Below are positions 20,917-30,499 of a stretch of DNA of 64,000 bases, piece after piece. The first letter of the stretch is position 1. Every line of letters begins with the position of its first letter. The stretch comes from a virus. Lineage: Duplodnaviria; Caudoviricetes. The position numbers and the translations under genes were made by a program. The stretch is taken from IMG/VR virus record IMGVR_UViG_3300025018_000001, one strand, 5' to 3'. The notes below the pieces were generated by a model that did not search any database, was not told where the DNA came from, and saw nothing but the letters and a program-made list of their open reading frames with translations.

Positions 20917-21777
20917 CTAACAGTAAGATACCAAATTAAAACTAATCTTGGACCTATAAGAGTTTAAATCTGAAAGAATAGCAGACTCATTACGTCTACT
21001 CAGCGCCAGTGGTAAATTAATATTCCTTGCCTCAACATCCTCAAACCTTAAATTAGATGTACCACTAACTACAGTTCTACTAAATAAATTAGTTGCTTTA
21101 TCTATACTATTTTTACTATTATAAAAAGTACCATCGTAGTCTAGTACAGACCCTCTTGGGAAGTCATATATAGGACATGTTTTTAGATATAGACCATCAT
21201 ATATGAGTTCTGTTATATCTCCTCTCTCGGAAGAAGACGACGCAAATATATAAATATTACTTTTCCTTATAACTTTTTTACCACCACCTAGTTGGTAACC
21301 CGTCTTAAGTGTACCTGCTATATCCAAGACTACGACAGGTGCAGACGCTGCTGATAACCTACTCCATTCATCTACTAAACTTATGTAATGCCAATTAAAA
21401 TCAATATATTTAGGCTCTAAATAAGCAGGTAATATTATTTTACCGTCTACATAGTCTACCCTATATAAGTTACCACTTATAGTTGTTAAACTTTCATCAT
21501 ATATAGTTACTCTGTTTGATTGTTCAGGTGTTCCAGATAACGAAGTAATATCTATTAAAGTTTCATCTGTTAGATCGTCAAAATACACTATACCTCTACC
21601 GTGTTCAAAAGGAGAAGGAATAGCTGTAGTTACTATATCATATACACTAGTTGAGTTGTCAGATTTATTTTTATTTAGTACTAGTTCATCTTTATCCTGA
21701 AATTCTATAAAGTCAGTTAGTACTAAATCCCTTAAATATCTATAAACACTTAAATCTTCTTTACGTATTTTATACAT
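20917..21777 (-). CDS. Putative tail completion/terminator protein
   Basis: 286 aa, immediately upstream of the tail tube gene; synteny. Confidence 0.4.
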   Translation of the reverse strand: MYKIRKEDLSVYRYLRDLVLTDFIEFQDKDELVLNKNKSDNSTSVYDIVTTAIPSPFEHGRGIVYFDDLTDETLIDITSLSGTPEQSNRVTIYDESLTTISGNLYRVDYVDGKIILPAYLEPKYIDFNWHYISLVDEWSRLSAASAPVVVLDIAGTLKTGYQLGGGKKVIRKSNIYIFASSSSERGDITELIYDGLYLKTCPIYDFPRGSVLDYDGTFYNSKNSIDKATNLFSRTVVSGTSNLRFEDVEARNINLPLALSRRNESAILSDLNSYRSKISFNLVSYC

Positions 21778-22436
21778 TAGTAAGCTCTCCTTTTTAAGTC
21801 TTTCAATGACTTCTCAACTATGTTATTAGTAAGAGCCTCTTTGTTAGTATTAAAAAAATCTCTACCATCAATAAATAAATCTATGGCTTGCGTATTAGAG
21901 AATGGAAATAATACTAATTTCTTTTTTAAAATATGTTCTAATATTTCATGTATGTGTAGAGCGTCATCTAGAATATAAAAATCCAAATCACTAAATTCTT
22001 CACCTAAAAAACCAGGTAAGTCTTTTAATGTACTTCTAATTTGTTTACTTAATCTATCATAATTAATTAAGTAGTCATAATCATTTTTAGATAATTCATA
22101 ATAAGTTCCTATAACACCCATAGATAACCACTGTAAAAAAGTTAGTCTTCCTTCAAATGTAAAAGTATCTTCATCAGGTACAGTTATCTTAATTTCACCT
22201 TTAGCCACCACAGATATGTACTCGAAATCATCCAAAGCTTCCATGTAGTCCTCATAAAAATATACAGGATTAGCTAAGCTGTTTTCATCAATAGATATAT
22301 TTAGTAGCTCATCAGAGTATGTAGTTAAATATACATCCTTTAATTTAGGTATAAATGTATCAAAAGCATCCATAGTATTTATGAAAAGTAATTTCTCTAA
22401 ATCTTTAGATACCTTATTACTACTGCTAGGTCTCAT
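21777..22436 (-). CDS. Hypothetical neck-module protein
   Basis: 219 aa, translationally coupled to both neighbours. Confidence 0.5.
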   Translation of the reverse strand: MRPSSSNKVSKDLEKLLFINTMDAFDTFIPKLKDVYLTTYSDELLNISIDENSLANPVYFYEDYMEALDDFEYISVVAKGEIKITVPDEDTFTFEGRLTFLQWLSMGVIGTYYELSKNDYDYLINYDRLSKQIRSTLKDLPGFLGEEFSDLDFYILDDALHIHEILEHILKKKLVLFPFSNTQAIDLFIDGRDFFNTNKEALTNNIVEKSLKDLKRRAY

Positions 22437-23020
22437 TAATATACCTTATCACTATCATCTGTAGGAGGTGTCATATTTTCTGTAGTGAATGCTAATATAA
22501 CAAGTAGAGAAGTGTCACCAAGACCGCGCACAATAGGTGGCTTAGATAAAGTACATTTTACGCCATCTACAAACATATACATACAGTCCGTAAATAAATC
22601 TTTATATATTGGCTCAGTCTTAAGCTCCACACTTGTACTTCCAGAAACACCGGAGGAGTCACTTACTAAAGCACCGTCTGCTTCTGGGTCCCAAGTAATT
22701 TTACATTTGGCCCATACTTTGCGCTGTACCTCTAAATAACCTTTGCCCTTACATATAGGGCATCTGCCAGCTGAGAAAAATTTATATTTCAAACCAACAC
22801 CACCTGACTGTAGATATTCATTTTGTTTTTGTAGTGCTTCAGCTAAAGTCCATTTACAAGTGTTGGTACTACTGCCTGTAAGTTTATCAAAATAACAATT
22901 GTAACATTCATGTTTAGTTGGTTTTTTAAAAACCTCTACAGGTCTACCAAGATCTGACATGATGTTTCGTATTGCCTTAGTATATCTATTTTTTGTAAAT
23001 GTACTTATTCTTTTTCTCAT
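22436..23020 (-). CDS. Putative head-closure/neck protein with CxxC pairs
   Basis: 194 aa with CYNC and CPIC motifs; synteny. Confidence 0.45.
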   Translation of the reverse strand: MRKRISTFTKNRYTKAIRNIMSDLGRPVEVFKKPTKHECYNCYFDKLTGSSTNTCKWTLAEALQKQNEYLQSGGVGLKYKFFSAGRCPICKGKGYLEVQRKVWAKCKITWDPEADGALVSDSSGVSGSTSVELKTEPIYKDLFTDCMYMFVDGVKCTLSKPPIVRGLGDTSLLVILAFTTENMTPPTDDSDKVY

Positions 23021-23045
23021 TTTAAACCTTCTAAGTAATTATATG

Positions 23046-24002
23046 TTAATCAATTCTAACCCCGCCAACACTTATAAACCTTTTAGATTTTACAGCTTCA
23101 TCTAATTGTTTTTTAAGTCTAGCAAGTAATTTATCTCTAGCCGACAATCCTGCAGAGGGATTATATGTGTCCCTATTATCAGCGATCTCTGCACCATCTT
23201 CAAAGGCCAGTTCCCAAGATTCACTTGTTAATATATCGTAGGCTGTCTGCATCAAGTAGATGTCCTGTGTGCAATTTGCTACGGTCAAGGGAGCTGGTGG
23301 TGTGGTAGTATCATAGGCATCCATCAACTGTTTATCACTATACCTAAATGATGTATACCAAATATCTATAGCTACATCTACACCAGATACAGTTGTAACT
23401 GATGTGTCTAAAGGTGTATTAAACCTAAGGTATTTATAACCATTTACAGTTGGGTTTGTATTTGTTACATATTGTGTATTGAATAACATAACGCTATATG
23501 GCCAACCTTTATCTGCAAGCTCGAATACACGTCTATCTGAGTGTAGGCTAGATAAAGCCTCTTCACCATGCATTCTAGTTAAGTTGGTAGGGTCACCTAC
23601 TAATAAACGTAATTTATTTATGACTAACTTATCCGAAGCGGTGTATGCAACTTCTGGCGAAAATAATGGGTCATAATTAAATACACCATCAATACCTTGT
23701 ATTGGTGTTGACCACCCGCTTGTTATTGTAGTGTCATAGTTAGTGTACCTACTAATGTACCAATCACTTGTAGTACCTGTAGGATCTTCAAAGTAGTACT
23801 GATTATAAGTCTGACTTAAAAATATATCACTTACGTCATTACGACTACTAACTATATCAATACCATTATCTATAGTAACGTAGTCTAGTATATTTATTAT
23901 AGAGGGAGGGGTATCAGTACCAATATAACGCATCAATTGCACCTTACTAAATATAGCAATTATACCGGTTATATTACTTACAGTTACAGTTAATGTAGTC
24001 AT
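23046..24002 (-). CDS. Putative head-tail adaptor
   Basis: 318 aa. INKLRLLVGD helix and C-terminal ..DTYNPSAGLS..LLARLKKQLDEAV resemble adaptor proteins; synteny. Confidence 0.45.
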   Translation of the reverse strand: MTTLTVTVSNITGIIAIFSKVQLMRYIGTDTPPSIINILDYVTIDNGIDIVSSRNDVSDIFLSQTYNQYYFEDPTGTTSDWYISRYTNYDTTITSGWSTPIQGIDGVFNYDPLFSPEVAYTASDKLVINKLRLLVGDPTNLTRMHGEEALSSLHSDRRVFELADKGWPYSVMLFNTQYVTNTNPTVNGYKYLRFNTPLDTSVTTVSGVDVAIDIWYTSFRYSDKQLMDAYDTTTPPAPLTVANCTQDIYLMQTAYDILTSESWELAFEDGAEIADNRDTYNPSAGLSARDKLLARLKKQLDEAVKSKRFISVGGVRID

Positions 24003-24033
24003 TTAAGTTCCTTAATATAACATTATTAAAATA

Positions 24034-24070
24034 TTGGTACCAACCACATTATTAATATGGTTGGTACTAA
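24034..24070. terminator. Hairpin/terminator
   Basis: TTGGTACCAACCA-N11-TGGTTGGTACTAA. Confidence 0.6.
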
Positions 24071-24075
24071 TTTTA

Positions 24076-24549
24076 TTAGCCATTTGGATGCATACTTAAT
24101 TCCATAATCCTCTTATCTAAAATCCTAATTAAAGATTCTTTATTAGGTAAGGGTTTACATTCTCTTACAGCAAACTTAAGAAGTTTAATATCCATTACTG
24201 TAGGTATAATCTCCCTAGCTTTTCTAACAGGCAGTCCCATGACATCTTGTACACTCATCTTACTTACAACTACGTCACCGTTATTATTAGTTTCATAGCG
24301 TACTTTTTCTTTTTCTTTTGCTGTTGGTGCACTTACGTCAATGTCATCCTCTTCTACAACTATCCAATCATCTGCTGACCCACGTAGTTTCACCTCTCTC
24401 AACCATTTAACAAAGTCTTTTTCTTTTATGTTATGTCGTGTACCGTATAGGTTGTACAACTCGTCTAAAGGAACTTTGCCGCCAGGTCTAACACTCATTT
24501 TAAAAATATGTACCCAGGCTGTTTTTTTACTTTTAATATATCCTTTCAT
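24076..24549 (-). CDS. Hypothetical protein
   Basis: 157 aa ORF with RBS. Confidence 0.7.
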   Translation of the reverse strand: MKGYIKSKKTAWVHIFKMSVRPGGKVPLDELYNLYGTRHNIKEKDFVKWLREVKLRGSADDWIVVEEDDIDVSAPTAKEKEKVRYETNNNGDVVVSKMSVQDVMGLPVRKAREIIPTVMDIKLLKFAVRECKPLPNKESLIRILDKRIMELSMHPNG

Positions 24550-24570
24550 AATTTACCCCTTTTCCAGAAA

Positions 24571-24891
24571 TTAATAATCACTTCGCCTTGTCCGATCTAT
24601 AATATTATGAGTTATATTTGAGCACTTATGTATAAGTAGCCCCACTATAAACCAATCTATCCAACCACTAACTATTTGCATGTCCATAATTACTAGTCCC
24701 ACTAATGTGCCTACCCATACGGATAAACAAAAACCACAGTCTAGTAGGTCGTGTATAAAAGAGAAAATAATATTACTTTTCCTTTTAAAGAACCAGGCCT
24801 TCACCGGCGTGAATAAAGCAGATTTAGAAACTATCTCTGTAATTGCCTCAGTAATTAGTACTGATATAATAAATAATAGTAGATTGCTCAT
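24571..24891 (-). CDS. DUF1360-like membrane protein (possible holin)
   Basis: 106 aa, 2-3 hydrophobic segments, LLDCGFCLSVWVG motif. Confidence 0.6.
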   Translation of the reverse strand: MSNLLLFIISVLITEAITEIVSKSALFTPVKAWFFKRKSNIIFSFIHDLLDCGFCLSVWVGTLVGLVIMDMQIVSGWIDWFIVGLLIHKCSNITHNIIDRTRRSDY

Positions 24892-24924
24892 ATCATATAA
24901 AAGTTAGTTAATTGATTAATAAAA

Positions 24925-24957
24925 AACCCCCTACACAAACACATTGAGTAGGGGGTT
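24925..24957 (-). terminator. Intrinsic terminator after major capsid gene
   Basis: AACCCCCTAC-N13-GTAGGGGGTT plus T-run on the minus strand. Confidence 0.8.
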
Positions 24958-24980
24958 GAATAGCCTAAATATTGTGTCTA

Positions 24981-26048
24981 TTACGAACGGTCAATAACCC
25001 CGATACCTAACATACGACTATCTAAACAAGCAAAACCTAATTCTGCCCAACCAAAGAAACCCTGCTTCTGTACACGTAGAAGAGTTGGGTCCTCATGAGC
25101 TTCGTACTCTTTTCTAACAGGCATAACCAAAGAATCGTTAGCAGTCATATCGAAACCATAAATCTGAGTCTCACCTAAAGCAGTTACAGTACCATCAGCA
25201 TCTGTAACGTTAGGATTATCAAGGGTGTAAGCGTTATACTTATCGGTACCGTCTGCAAGGAATTTACCGTATGCAGAAGTACTTCCATTAATATTATACA
25301 ATCCAGGAGCACCTAAATGCTGAACTTCATGTAAAGTTACGTTCCAGATACTTCCCATACCAGCAGCTACGAAAACTTCTCTACGGGTAATTGGGTCGAT
25401 GTCTGTGTCTGTCCACTCACGTATATCTGCAGCATCTTCTGGAGATACATACAAATCGGTAAGAGTACGGCCTAAACGTTTAAAACCTACCATCATCTTA
25501 TTTACCAACTCTTTAGAAAGATAACCAACACCAGTGAGGCCAGTACCAATTTCATAAATTGGGGCTGGTCGTGCACCTAAGAGGCCTTTTCCAGAAAAAC
25601 CAGAAGTTGCAGCAGGTACAATTACTCTCCAACCACATTCTTCTTCATAATTTGCTAAATCTTTTGCAACTCTAGCGGCGACTCTTTGAACAACGTCGAT
25701 ACGGGAATCACGTGCATAGGTAATCTTCCAGTCTGCGGAAGCATTGATACTGAAAGTAGGGACATAAACCTCTTCACCGATACCCTCGATGAAGTTCTGA
25801 GCTTGATAACCCAACCCAGGAAGAACCCAGACAGGAATCTCAAAATCCTCAGCAACTGGATAAACTGCTTGTGCACCAGGTGCCAAACGTTCAACAGCAA
25901 AAAGCTGGCGCATAATAGATTCAAGCTCTACTTTTTGTAATATAGGTGTAGTAATAGCGGCTGCGAAAGCCCTATAAGCTGCCATACCTTCTGGAGTCTG
26001 AACTTCAGCGGTAGCGGCAAACAATTTTCTCATTTCATTAATATCCAT
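24981..26048 (-). CDS. Major capsid protein (HK97 fold)
   Basis: 355 aa after scaffold and decoration genes. Capsid-like pattern (PILQKVELESIMRQLF..YARDSRIDVVQRVAARVAKDLANYEE) and a strong terminator. Confidence 0.85.
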   Translation of the reverse strand: MDINEMRKLFAATAEVQTPEGMAAYRAFAAAITTPILQKVELESIMRQLFAVERLAPGAQAVYPVAEDFEIPVWVLPGLGYQAQNFIEGIGEEVYVPTFSINASADWKITYARDSRIDVVQRVAARVAKDLANYEEECGWRVIVPAATSGFSGKGLLGARPAPIYEIGTGLTGVGYLSKELVNKMMVGFKRLGRTLTDLYVSPEDAADIREWTDTDIDPITRREVFVAAGMGSIWNVTLHEVQHLGAPGLYNINGSTSAYGKFLADGTDKYNAYTLDNPNVTDADGTVTALGETQIYGFDMTANDSLVMPVRKEYEAHEDPTLLRVQKQGFFGWAELGFACLDSRMLGIGVIDRS

Positions 26049-26120
26049 TTGTAGCTCCTTATATTGTATTTATTTATGGAAGGGTAGGTGTTTAAGCCTA
26101 CCCCTTGATCCATTTGTTAT

Positions 26121-26735
26121 TTAAACTAATAGTTTTACTCTTAGTGCAAATTTAGTACCACCACTGAAAGTGGAAGTAGCCTTAGCTGCAGTAACACCTT
26201 TAACAACCTTAGCAACTACAGTGGAGCTAGCACGCTGACCTAAAATGTCAGTACCAGTGGAAGCAGCAGTAGAGTTAGTAAGTTTGGCTTCATCAGCAGC
26301 AGGGAAAAGGTCTTGTCCAGGTTTTGGTTGATTACCATCTGCAACAGTTGTACCACTAACAGTACATGTGTAATGGATTGTATCATAAATACCTAAGTGA
26401 GCTACACCTACAGGTACAGTAGTTGTACCAGTAATAGCTCCGGTATTGTCGTATGTTGGTTGAGCAATAGCATCACTGGAACCAAGGTCACCAGGCATAA
26501 CAAAACCTACTGGGTGAACTGAGTGATAACCAGTTTTAACTTTTTGCATTAAAAATCCAAAAGGATCTGCAGTTACACCATGGGCATACTTGAGTACTTC
26601 TGATTCCTCTTTGGTACTGTCAAGATAAACAACAGCTCCAGCGTAGGCTATAGCGCCACCGATACCAGTAGTATTTACTGAACTACCGTATAAACAAAAT
26701 TGGTCCTCTACAACAGGGTGTCTTGGGATAAACAT
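26121..26735 (-). CDS. Head decoration/cement protein
   Basis: 204 aa, Gly/Thr/Ala-rich, directly upstream of the MCP. Confidence 0.55.
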   Translation of the reverse strand: MFIPRHPVVEDQFCLYGSSVNTTGIGGAIAYAGAVVYLDSTKEESEVLKYAHGVTADPFGFLMQKVKTGYHSVHPVGFVMPGDLGSSDAIAQPTYDNTGAITGTTTVPVGVAHLGIYDTIHYTCTVSGTTVADGNQPKPGQDLFPAADEAKLTNSTAASTGTDILGQRASSTVVAKVVKGVTAAKATSTFSGGTKFALRVKLLV

Positions 26736-26751
26736 ATATTTTCCTCCTCAA

Positions 26752-27444
26752 TTATTTTTTAGTAATGTTCTTGGCTAATGCTTCTCCCAAATCTTTGTAC
26801 TTCGAAATAAGATCCTGAGAAGGGGTTGTTTCCAAATTTAACGCTGCTTGTACAGATTGCGTAACGTCAACATTGGCTGGTGGTACCACAGTGTCTTCAA
26901 CAACTACCTCTTCAACTACAGTGGCAGCTTCTTCTTTTTTAGCAGTAAGGGAAGCAATAACTTGCGACTTGATAGCTGCTAATTCTTCTTTATAAGATTC
27001 AAATTCTTCTTCAGACATACTTTTTACTTTGTCTCTTTGAATAGAAGCCTCTACACGAACAACACCGGCTTTCTCTAAGGCTACCATACGGGAGTCTGCA
27101 AGTATTTCCATTTTTAATGTGGCATACTCAAGATTAAGCTTTTCAAAGTCAGAGTCAACAGCTGCTTTAGCCTCAATAGCGGCAGTTAGCTCTTCCTGGA
27201 ATTTTTGCTCAAGGGCTGCTTTTTCTTCTTGTAAAGTGTTAACCTGTGTGTTCAAGTCAGTAATTACACTAGCTTGTTCCTGATTACTCTGTGTAGCTGT
27301 AGCTAATTCTTCTTTGATTGCAGTAAGTTTGTCTGCGGATGCGTGAAGAGCATCCTCTGTTTTCTTTCGTTTAGTATCTTCCTCTTTACTAGCGAAAATA
27401 GCTTTAACGACGTTTTCAATTTGATCTTTTAACTTATCTTCCAT
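26752..27444 (-). CDS. Capsid scaffolding protein
   Basis: 230 aa Glu/Ala/Lys coiled coil between protease and MCP. Confidence 0.7.
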   Translation of the reverse strand: MEDKLKDQIENVVKAIFASKEEDTKRKKTEDALHASADKLTAIKEELATATQSNQEQASVITDLNTQVNTLQEEKAALEQKFQEELTAAIEAKAAVDSDFEKLNLEYATLKMEILADSRMVALEKAGVVRVEASIQRDKVKSMSEEEFESYKEELAAIKSQVIASLTAKKEEAATVVEEVVVEDTVVPPANVDVTQSVQAALNLETTPSQDLISKYKDLGEALAKNITKK

Positions 27445-27534
27445 TATATTCCTCCTAATTTAAAATCTAAAAATAAATTGTTTTATAACTAACCTAAGTT
27501 TACGTTAATCCTATCCATGTCCGAACGTACTTTA

Positions 27535-28614
27535 CTATTTAAGTAAATCGTTTATATTTTCTACTAATTTTGCTATCTCTTGTTCTTTCTGTAATTCATC
27601 GAGTTTACGTTTAGCTACATCCATTATAAAATCAGCTGTAAAAACTTTTGCTAGACAGCTTGCGTTTGTGTAATCACCAGTAGTTGTACAAGTTGTATCG
27701 AATTTATTACACCAGTTAGTATTTATTACATTAGAATCTTGGTCTTTGTAAATAGAGTCAATACTTTCTTTATCATAAGAAAGACAAATACCTGGTGAAT
27801 CATCTGCTGCTTTAATTAATTCTACTTTTGTATCTACATTACTAGAGGTTACATTATTACTGGCGTTTTCTACATTATCTAAATTAAATTTAACTGTCTC
27901 AGTAATTTCATCATCTGTACTAGCAGTAGCTTCAAATATTATAGAAGGTTTATTAGCCGGTTGCTTTACAATACCCACACCAGAGAAACAAATACCTCTC
28001 AACACCTTAGCTATGACACCTTCATCTACAACTGCGCCGCCTTTTACAACCTGTGCAGCCTTACCATAAAGATCCTCATTAGCTACATCGAATCCCATGA
28101 GCTGTGCTTCTTCTGCTGTCATTAAAGTGCTACCCACAAGAATGTCGTAAGAGGTGTAATAAGCTTCCATAGAAACTTTCCACTCACCTTCTTTAATTTC
28201 TTTAGCTAAAGCAGGAAATCTTGTTTTATAAACTACACTAGCTATTTCAATGTGCATATCCTGTGCGTCTAGTTTAGACTCCTCATAATTTGCCAACTCC
28301 GCACTATTTAGTTTGTTACCCTTAGCGTCTGTGAATTCACAGGCATAAATGTGACCAATAATTTCATTTTCTTCATGTTCTACATCTACCGCTTTAGCCA
28401 CAACTGTTTTTCTAGCCTTTATTAACTCACTACCCATAAAATGTGCGTTGTTAAGATTCGTACCAGTACTCACAAATCTACTTGTAAAATAAGCTAGGTC
28501 TGGTTGACGTTCATCAATACTGGGTAAAGGTATAACAGATGCTACTTCCTTACGTAAAGCAGCAGTTTCTTTAACATAATCTAAACTAGCTGTCATAAAA
28601 AATTTATGTTTCAT
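27535..28614 (-). CDS. Prohead maturation protease
   Basis: 359 aa, DVEHE and WKVSMEAY motifs (His/Ser), FSGVGIVKQPA; downstream of portal. Confidence 0.7.
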   Translation of the reverse strand: MKHKFFMTASLDYVKETAALRKEVASVIPLPSIDERQPDLAYFTSRFVSTGTNLNNAHFMGSELIKARKTVVAKAVDVEHEENEIIGHIYACEFTDAKGNKLNSAELANYEESKLDAQDMHIEIASVVYKTRFPALAKEIKEGEWKVSMEAYYTSYDILVGSTLMTAEEAQLMGFDVANEDLYGKAAQVVKGGAVVDEGVIAKVLRGICFSGVGIVKQPANKPSIIFEATASTDDEITETVKFNLDNVENASNNVTSSNVDTKVELIKAADDSPGICLSYDKESIDSIYKDQDSNVINTNWCNKFDTTCTTTGDYTNASCLAKVFTADFIMDVAKRKLDELQKEQEIAKLVENINDLLK

Positions 28615-28629
28615 AGTAATATCCTTATA

Positions 28630-30420
28630 TTATAATTTATCTTTTATATTAATAAGCTCTTGTATAAGCAAATTTACATCTTCTTTAGACATACTAGATA
28701 CTACATTATGTAGAGAACTTGTAGCCTTTGTTTGGTCATTAGCTGCTAGCTTACTTGGGTCTGTTTCGGGTGTTTTAGTATTTGTTGTGCCTGTAGGCCG
28801 ACCTCTTGAAGGTGTACCTGTAGGTGAGTTTTGTACATCTTGTATAGTGGTGGATTGTTGAAAAGGACTTCCCACTAACCCGAAAACACCATCTGATACC
28901 AAAGGTAGTTCTTCCTGCATATTACCAAGTTCATTTGTATAATCAAAACCTAAGGTTTCTAGAGCTGTTCTATAAGATATCATCCTTCTATCAACCATAG
29001 CTGATATAACATTTTTGTAAAGGATGTCATTTCTAAGTATATTCTCATCCCACCTGACTCTAGGAAAACGGTCAAAGCCCATAGCTTCTGCTATCTGCCT
29101 GTACTCATTATATATCCATCTAGTAACCTGCTTCCTAGCGTAGTCAATATCCTCTTTAACAGCACCTATGGCCCATTCAGAACCAGCGGTAACGTCGGTA
29201 GCATCAAGAAGAGCACGAGTAAAAGATAAACCACCAGTAATGTCTTCATTAACCTGGTCATACTTACCTTTACCAAGAATCTTTTCTATTTCTGGACTAA
29301 TTATCTTCTCTATTTTAAGAGTGTGGTTCCACACTACATCAAAACTTTTACTTGGTGTGTCAAATAACTTAGCTACAGCTTCAAGTTCTTCTTGGGATAC
29401 TACAGGAAATTCATCATTACCTATAGTTATTTTAAGTATATAATTAGATATACCATCCAAAGTACTAAGATCTGCATTACGAAGGGCCTTCTTATATTCA
29501 ATACTTTCAAACACTCTAGCAGTTCTTGGTCTAGCATACCTTTCATAAGGCTGTTTTTTGTATGTTATATTACCAACTAAACGTGAGTCTAAAGAGTAGT
29601 CACCACCACCTTCGGCGGCCTTCTTGAGATCTGTAGGTAGAGATTTTATAAGTAATTTTTCCTCATCAGTTAAGTCTGATTGGTTTTTCTTAAGTAAATC
29701 CCCTAATTCTTTTGGAGGCGTAAGTGTTACAGAAACTTGGTTGAATAATAGGTTACCTGTCTTATTAACTAATGTTGGGTTCAACACAGTGTACCCTACA
29801 GGTAAATGCCCTTTAGACCAAATTTTCTTTTTTGCTGCAGTAACTAATTGACCTGTTGCTTTTGCCTTAGTTGCAGATTTCTTTTTATTAATAGGCTGTA
29901 TTGTAGATATTCTAGGTTCGTAATTAGCTATGTATTTGTAAGTAACTACGTCAGATGTTTTAAATAACTCTAAAAATATCCAGTCAATAACTTCCTCAAA
30001 ATTTACATCGAATACCCAAGTGTCGAAAAAGTTTTTTATATCAGGGTCATCTATATCATTCTCAAAACCTTTACAGGCTAAAGAGGACAGTAAATTAATT
30101 GTAGACCCTACAATAGGTTCTGTATAATAGTAGCGCATTACTTTTTCATATAATACCTTAGGGTCTTCATCGAAAACATCCTTACTTGAACCTAAATCTA
30201 AATAGGATCTAGACAAGGAGTCCCTAGTAAGGGTAGATGCTTTCTCTTTAAACGTATGAGGTACTAAAGGATTCTCTAGAAAAGCTAAAGCCTTTTTAGT
30301 GGGTTCTACTAAAAACGTAGTTGTACCTGTACCTTCATCAACCGACACAGATTTAATACCTACATCTGGGTAGCGTTTTTGAAGGTCAGCGGTTATCTTA
30401 TTTGCAATTTCCTTTTCCAT
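28630..30420 (-). CDS. Portal protein
   Basis: 596 aa immediately after terminase large subunit; helical with a low-complexity C-terminal tail. Confidence 0.8.
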   Translation of the reverse strand: MEKEIANKITADLQKRYPDVGIKSVSVDEGTGTTTFLVEPTKKALAFLENPLVPHTFKEKASTLTRDSLSRSYLDLGSSKDVFDEDPKVLYEKVMRYYYTEPIVGSTINLLSSLACKGFENDIDDPDIKNFFDTWVFDVNFEEVIDWIFLELFKTSDVVTYKYIANYEPRISTIQPINKKKSATKAKATGQLVTAAKKKIWSKGHLPVGYTVLNPTLVNKTGNLLFNQVSVTLTPPKELGDLLKKNQSDLTDEEKLLIKSLPTDLKKAAEGGGDYSLDSRLVGNITYKKQPYERYARPRTARVFESIEYKKALRNADLSTLDGISNYILKITIGNDEFPVVSQEELEAVAKLFDTPSKSFDVVWNHTLKIEKIISPEIEKILGKGKYDQVNEDITGGLSFTRALLDATDVTAGSEWAIGAVKEDIDYARKQVTRWIYNEYRQIAEAMGFDRFPRVRWDENILRNDILYKNVISAMVDRRMISYRTALETLGFDYTNELGNMQEELPLVSDGVFGLVGSPFQQSTTIQDVQNSPTGTPSRGRPTGTTNTKTPETDPSKLAANDQTKATSSLHNVVSSMSKEDVNLLIQELINIKDKL

Positions 30421-30499
30421 AGTATTCTTCCAATAGTAATAATTAAATTATAGATTACAAATTACTAGTATATGTAGTAGTCTAAATATACTAGTTAGT